Assembly: GCA_965153285.1 (NCBI GenBank)
Contig: OZ229110.1
Source: Podarcis tiliguerta
Taxonomy: Eukaryota
Length of the DNA: 64,000 nt
Reading direction: 5' to 3' (one strand)
The notes beneath the pieces are model-generated. The model saw nothing but the letters and a program-made list of their open reading frames with translations, searched no databases and was not told where the DNA came from. The position numbers and the translations under genes are program-made. Of the stretch, positions 59,030 to 64,000 are shown in pieces (within the stretch, counting starts at the first letter, position 1; every line of letters starts with the position of its first letter).

Positions 59030-61529
59030 GCTGGAAGGTCAGGGAATGTGCAAATAAATGAGAACTGCACAAGGTGCAGATTCCCCCCCGCCCCCGACAG
59101 AGATGCAATAATGGTAAAAGCCACACCTGGGATATTATTATTGTTATTATGGTTATTATTCTCCTCCTCTGCACAAAACGCAAGAGCTGTCCAAAACACA
59201 GGAGATGCTAGCATCATCACCACTCCCCTGTTCTGCCTCTGTACAAAATATAGGAGATGACTTGAAAACCCTAAAAGCCAGGCTGGGGGCAGGTGTCTTC
59301 TGCCCATGATCCCTTGTTCCCTGAGGTTCGCCCTTGCCCCCGGGGCTGTGGAGGCCTCTCCCTTCCCTCTGCTCAGGAACGCTGCCTGTGGAGGTGGCAG
59401 GCCTAGGCACGTGAGGCAGCTCTCTTGTGCATTTCCAGCTGCGCCTGCCTGGACAGGCAACCCTTCCTCAGGGCTCTGTCTCTGCGGGAAATACTCCCTG
59501 CCAAAAGCAGGAAGACTCTGACTTGGGAGCTGATTTCACTTCTCACAAGTAAGTCAGGTTAGTGGTAGTTGTCAGAAATTCCACTCTGTCATTTATTTAT
59601 TGAAGAACTCATAGCATTGGCATTGGGAGCCCAACGAGAAAGGGAAATGGCAGAAGGAGATATACAGCAGCCCACAAGTTTGGGGGAATCTGCCAAAGGG
59701 TGCCAGCCGAGCTGGTATGCAGGTTTGTTGAATTAGGCCCCTGCCTAGGAATGCCCAGCAGAAGAGTGACCAGCCAGGGACATTTGTAGGCCTCCATCCG
59801 GGTATCAAGGATGATACCACATCCTCATATTTCAACCCTTTGGAGTAATCAGCTGACATACGTCCAACATATAACAGACTTAAACCTTCACTGCACAGAC
59901 AAGTAAGACATCATGCACATACCTGTCCTCCAGTCCATCAGGCAGATTTTCAGATAAGCCATGACCAATGGAACCTGAACAGAAGGGGGGGGGGAGTTTG
60001 TTAATTACACAGAAGTCAACTAAGTAGAAAGGGGGGGTTCTCCCCAAAATGCTCCCCCACCATTCACAGAGCAACTGACATGAGGCAAATGTGTAGTGTG
60101 AAGGCACCCCTGACTTGCATGGTTTGGGCCTACATGGGCTGTGCTCAGCTCCCCTTGGGCTTGACAGCTGCTTTTCTGCTTTCCCTGATTGTAATGAAAA
60201 GCCTGCTTTTCACAGACTCTGAAATCATTGCTTGAGGGCAGTATATGGATTTTGATGGCAGGTAAAAGGAACATGATTTGGGGGGTGCTCTGTAGGAATC
60301 TGAAGATTTTCCTTGCAGCTCAGGTTTGGGTTTTTTTTGTCCCTGGCCTCAGGAAACAGTTAATCCACACACACACACCCGTTGCACACACTAAGAGGGG
60401 TAGTCTTACTCAGAGTAGACCCATTTAAATTAATGGCGCTAACCCGGTCATGTTAACTCTCAGTAAAGCCTAGTTGCATAATACCACCCTCACGGTTCTA
60501 CAACCATCATGCCACTTCCACTTTCTGTTGGTATTGCACCATGGCAGGCTCAGGAACTTGCCCTGATGCCACTCTTTCTGAAATATTTCACTTTAACGAA
60601 TTCCAAACAGATCATGGAGAGAAGAAGGAACAAGTTTATTTAATGGGCTGGTTTCCCCTGTTCTCCAGCAGGTCAGTCCTTATGACAGGAGTTGCCAACA
60701 CGGTGCCCTCCAGATGTTGTGAACTGCAACTCCAGTCAGCCCCAGCCAGAATAGACAACAGCCAGGGATGTGGGAGTTGTAGTTCAAGACATTTGGAGGG
60801 AAGCATGTAGCTATTCTTGCTTTATGAAGTTCAGTGGGACTTTGTTACTCCCAGGTAACCATGCACGGGATTGCATGCAGCCTAAACCCTAAACAGTTGC
60901 CCTTAAGGGAACAAAAGAGAACAGGCTCCCTTCCTTTGCTCCATGTGAACATTTATTAGGAATTATATGTGTGCAGCATAACTCTAAGTCCAAATCCCCC
61001 TCTTGGAAGGAAGGATTCAGTTTATGTCCTAATGTCACATACTTCATTACTCAGAAGAGAGTCCCACTGAGCACAAGCATACACATTTAGGGCCCTAAAC
61101 AACATTTAAACCACAGAGTCCCTGCTGTAAAACTAAATTGCAAGAATGCTCTGTTAGTCCTTTAAATAAACAAACAAACTGATAAAAACCAGCAGGGCTG
61201 CCTCCTCCCTCTTGCAGCAATGACACACCATTTTGTGTGCCCTTCCTCTGATTTTTCCCCTTTCCTTTTTTTTTTTTTAAAGGTTGTCTACATCCATCTC
61301 TGCAGTGCAGCAGTGCACATTTCTTCTACAGCTGCAATCCTATGCACATTTACCTGGGAGAAGGTCCCACTGAACTCTTAAGAGTAGATAGCCATAGGAT
61401 TGGGCTAGAATTTATTTCTTTTTTAAAGGCAAGGAGCACAAGTATAGCTATTCTGCTGAAGCTAGAGGGTAGCTAGCACCCCCAATATATCTGAGAAAAC
61501 CACACACACACACTACTGTAGCTTAGTTA

Positions 61530-61960
61530 CAACACATTTTAAAACACATCATGAAAGCAAAATAAATACAAAAATTAAAATGCAATTCTAATGGGGTGGG
61601 AAATGAAACAGCTGCAGTAGAATTAATAATTGTGTTAGAAACCATTAAAAGTGATGAAAGACATGAAACACAAGGGGAAAGAAAACTGCTTCCCTCTGGC
61701 ACCCCAAATCCCACAAAGTCAGCACCAGCCAAACAGGTTTTGGGGGAGGGAGTTCCACAAATGAGGCACCACCAGAGATGAGGCTCTATCTGTGCTAGAC
61801 ACCCACCGCGTTTCAGAAGGTTGGGCTCTGATGGGGATGTCAACAGGCAGGCAAATCCTATGGATGCTATTGATACAGTAGGACCAATGAGGAAAGGGCA
61901 AGTTTAAAGTGCTATGAAATATCCCCCTAATGTTACTTGTAACCAAGCCTGCAATTTTAT
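61530..61960 (-). mobile_element. Degenerate L2-like 3' fragment
   Basis: gggagggagttccacaaatgaggcaccacc is the reverse complement of the L2 end (…VVPHLWNSLP…). Confidence 0.55.
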
Positions 61961-62271
61961 GCAGTTGGATGTGCCTAAATCCCTTGGCCCTGCCATGAAG
62001 TGGAGCAATGAAGAAAGAGGAGGGGAGGCTGCACTTCAGGCAGTGCAGCCTAACTCTAAGGTGCAGGTGTGGGGAATCTGTGGCCCTGTTGAACCCCTTC
62101 TTCCCTGACAATTGGCCATGCTGGCTGGAACTGATGGGAGCCGGAGTCCATGTACATTGGAGGGCACTGAGTTCCCCAGCCCTGCTGCGAAGGATCAGGT
62201 TGCACATCCCATCAACACCATGGTTAGCTGTGACTCGCTGCCATTGGTTTGAGCAGAACATGTTGCTTACT

Positions 62272-62358
62272 ATGCATCCTATGCATGCTTACTCAGAAGC
62301 CAGCGCCACTGACTTTCATAGGGACTACTCCCAAGTAAGCATCTGTAGCATTGCAGCC
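62272..62358. repeat. Small palindromic squamate element (related copies ~38455, 39630, 60820, 61331)
   Basis: atcctatgcatgcttactcagaag...tactcccaagtaagcat...attgcagcc. Confidence 0.55.
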
Positions 62359-64000
62359 ATGGAGGTTGATCTTATCCTAGTTAGGTCTGCATAGGAATGG
62401 ATGGCTAGCAATGGTGGCTGGTGCCCATTGGAACTGGTGGGACAGACCAGTGGTAGGTGGCGTCAGAGCCAATGACAGGGAGAGCAAACACATTCGAGTT
62501 TTGTCATCACCACCCTCCTTGCTGACATCTACAAGGGGCAACACTGAGACTACAGAGGAGGAAGATGACAGTCAGTGTTGTCCTCTGGACTGGTTGCAAG
62601 TAAGGCAAGGAGCAGTTGGTGGTTGTGGTTTAAGGCAGTGGACTTCAAGGTGGGTCCAGGAGCACTGCCATCATGCAAAGGTCCCCAAATGCATGTTTGG
62701 GTTAAATGCATGTTTGGGTTAAAAGTGATGTTGAAGATGCCTGGTTTAAGGCAGACTGAGGTTGGTGAGGCAGTCCCGCATTTGACCCAATAGAGCAGCC
62801 TCCACTGATAGCTACTCACCCTTAACTGTAGCTGGGTTGTGGCCAAGGTGTGATTTTTCTGTCTGGAAAGGACCTCTGACTGCTGTTAGCAATTTACTGA
62901 GTCGGCAATTCAAGGACAATGCCAGCCTGCAGTGATGGAAAGGCACATGCGGGGTGGGGGGCAGTTATGTGCCACACTGCCTAACAGTGCAATCCAAACC
63001 ATACTTTCTCAGAAGTAAATTCAGCCTAAATTCTCATATTGTGATGCAGCTAAACTAAACCGGTCACTTTCCCCAAAAGCAGCATGTTTTTATAGGGCAG
63101 ACATAGAAAGGGAAAATCTTTCCAAGAGTTGCTTCTGGAATCACAGTGGCACTGCACCAAATTTTACCCAGAGTAGACCCAATTAAATTGATGGACCCAA
63201 CTTAGTTGGGTTCATTAATTTCAGTGAGTCTACTCAGAGTAAGACTTAGCTGAATGCCACCCACTGAATTCTAATGGTTAATGCCAGCAATAGAGCATTA
63301 GGGCCAGCAGTGGCTTTTAGTTTACTACTAGGCTGTGGGCACAGTGTGATTCTGTTCTTATTACTGATATTTCCAGAAAAGAAGAGCAGCTCATCTGCTT
63401 GAGCTTTCAAAAAAATGCCCAGATCTGATCCTTAAGACGTGCAGCTGTGCTACAGGGAAGGTGAATCTAGGTTATATAACGTGTATTAACAAAAAAAATT
63501 CCAGTGAATAAGTAGCAGTTTATTTCATAATCTCTCCCCTTCTATTTCCAAGTTATAAATAATGGTCTTGGCTCAGCTCAAGCTCTGCTTTTGGCTAGAC
63601 ACTGTCGTTTCTTCCCTGACTTCCCTGCTACCCTGATATGTACCAGAACTGACAGCTTATGCAACTTGTGATTACCAGTTTGTACTTTGCATCCAAACTA
63701 CAACTCCCAGCATGCCCTCTTAAAAGCTGTCAGTTTTCTGCCACTATTATTTAAAGGGAAAGCATGATGCTTGCAGGATACTCTCTGGTGCTACAATTCA
63801 AAGAAGAGGCCATAAATTGGCTGAGAAGAAGAAAGCATAAACCACACTGTCTTTATCAAAGAAGTCAACTAAAATTTACCAAAGATCTATAAAATTATAC
63901 ACGGCTTGAAGAACAGCACAAAGTAGGGGACAAATATTTTACCTTTTCACAAAGTAGCACGATGAACCAAACAAATTAGACACAGCAAGCAAGGAAACAA

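Noticed and set aside
58603-59460. 285 aa ORF on the minus strand
   Set aside because: Non-ATG start, half lies within a TSD-flanked MITE, and there are no transposase or other motifs.
59593-59900. Minus-strand ORF with YEDVVSS faintly recalling a tubulin C-terminus
   Set aside because: Similarity covers only a few residues and no other tubulin sequence is nearby.

Overview
Eukaryotic (vertebrate) genomic DNA. The Sauria-type SINE and other squamate repeats point to a lizard, probably a lacertid. The window holds five spliced genes in the same order as human 2q35: ATG9A (-, 5' part only, runs off the left edge), ANKZF1 (+, complete, ~690 aa), GLB1L (-, complete, ~630 aa), STK16 (+, complete, 305 aa) and TUBA4A (-, complete, 448 aa). 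ATG9A/ANKZF1 and GLB1L/STK16 are head-to-head pairs on CpG-island promoters. ANKZF1/GLB1L and STK16/TUBA4A are tail-to-tail. I rebuilt all exon chains by hand from splice signals and reading phase. Introns carry L2 and CR1 LINE fragments, a Sauria SINE, Tc1/mariner and hAT MITEs (several with intact target-site duplications) and many short palindromic elements. The best-supported unusual features are a minor-spliceosome AT-AC intron in ATG9A and a GC-AG intron in ANKZF1. More tentative are stacked uORFs in the ATG9A, GLB1L and STK16 leaders, a very compact GLB1L/STK16 promoter, a TAG stop at the position of the usual C-terminal Tyr codon in TUBA4A, and a possible LTR-retrotransposon remnant with a tRNAi-Met primer-binding site. 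I see no convincing evidence for a new protein-coding system; most ORF-track entries are intronic, antisense or CpG-island noise.
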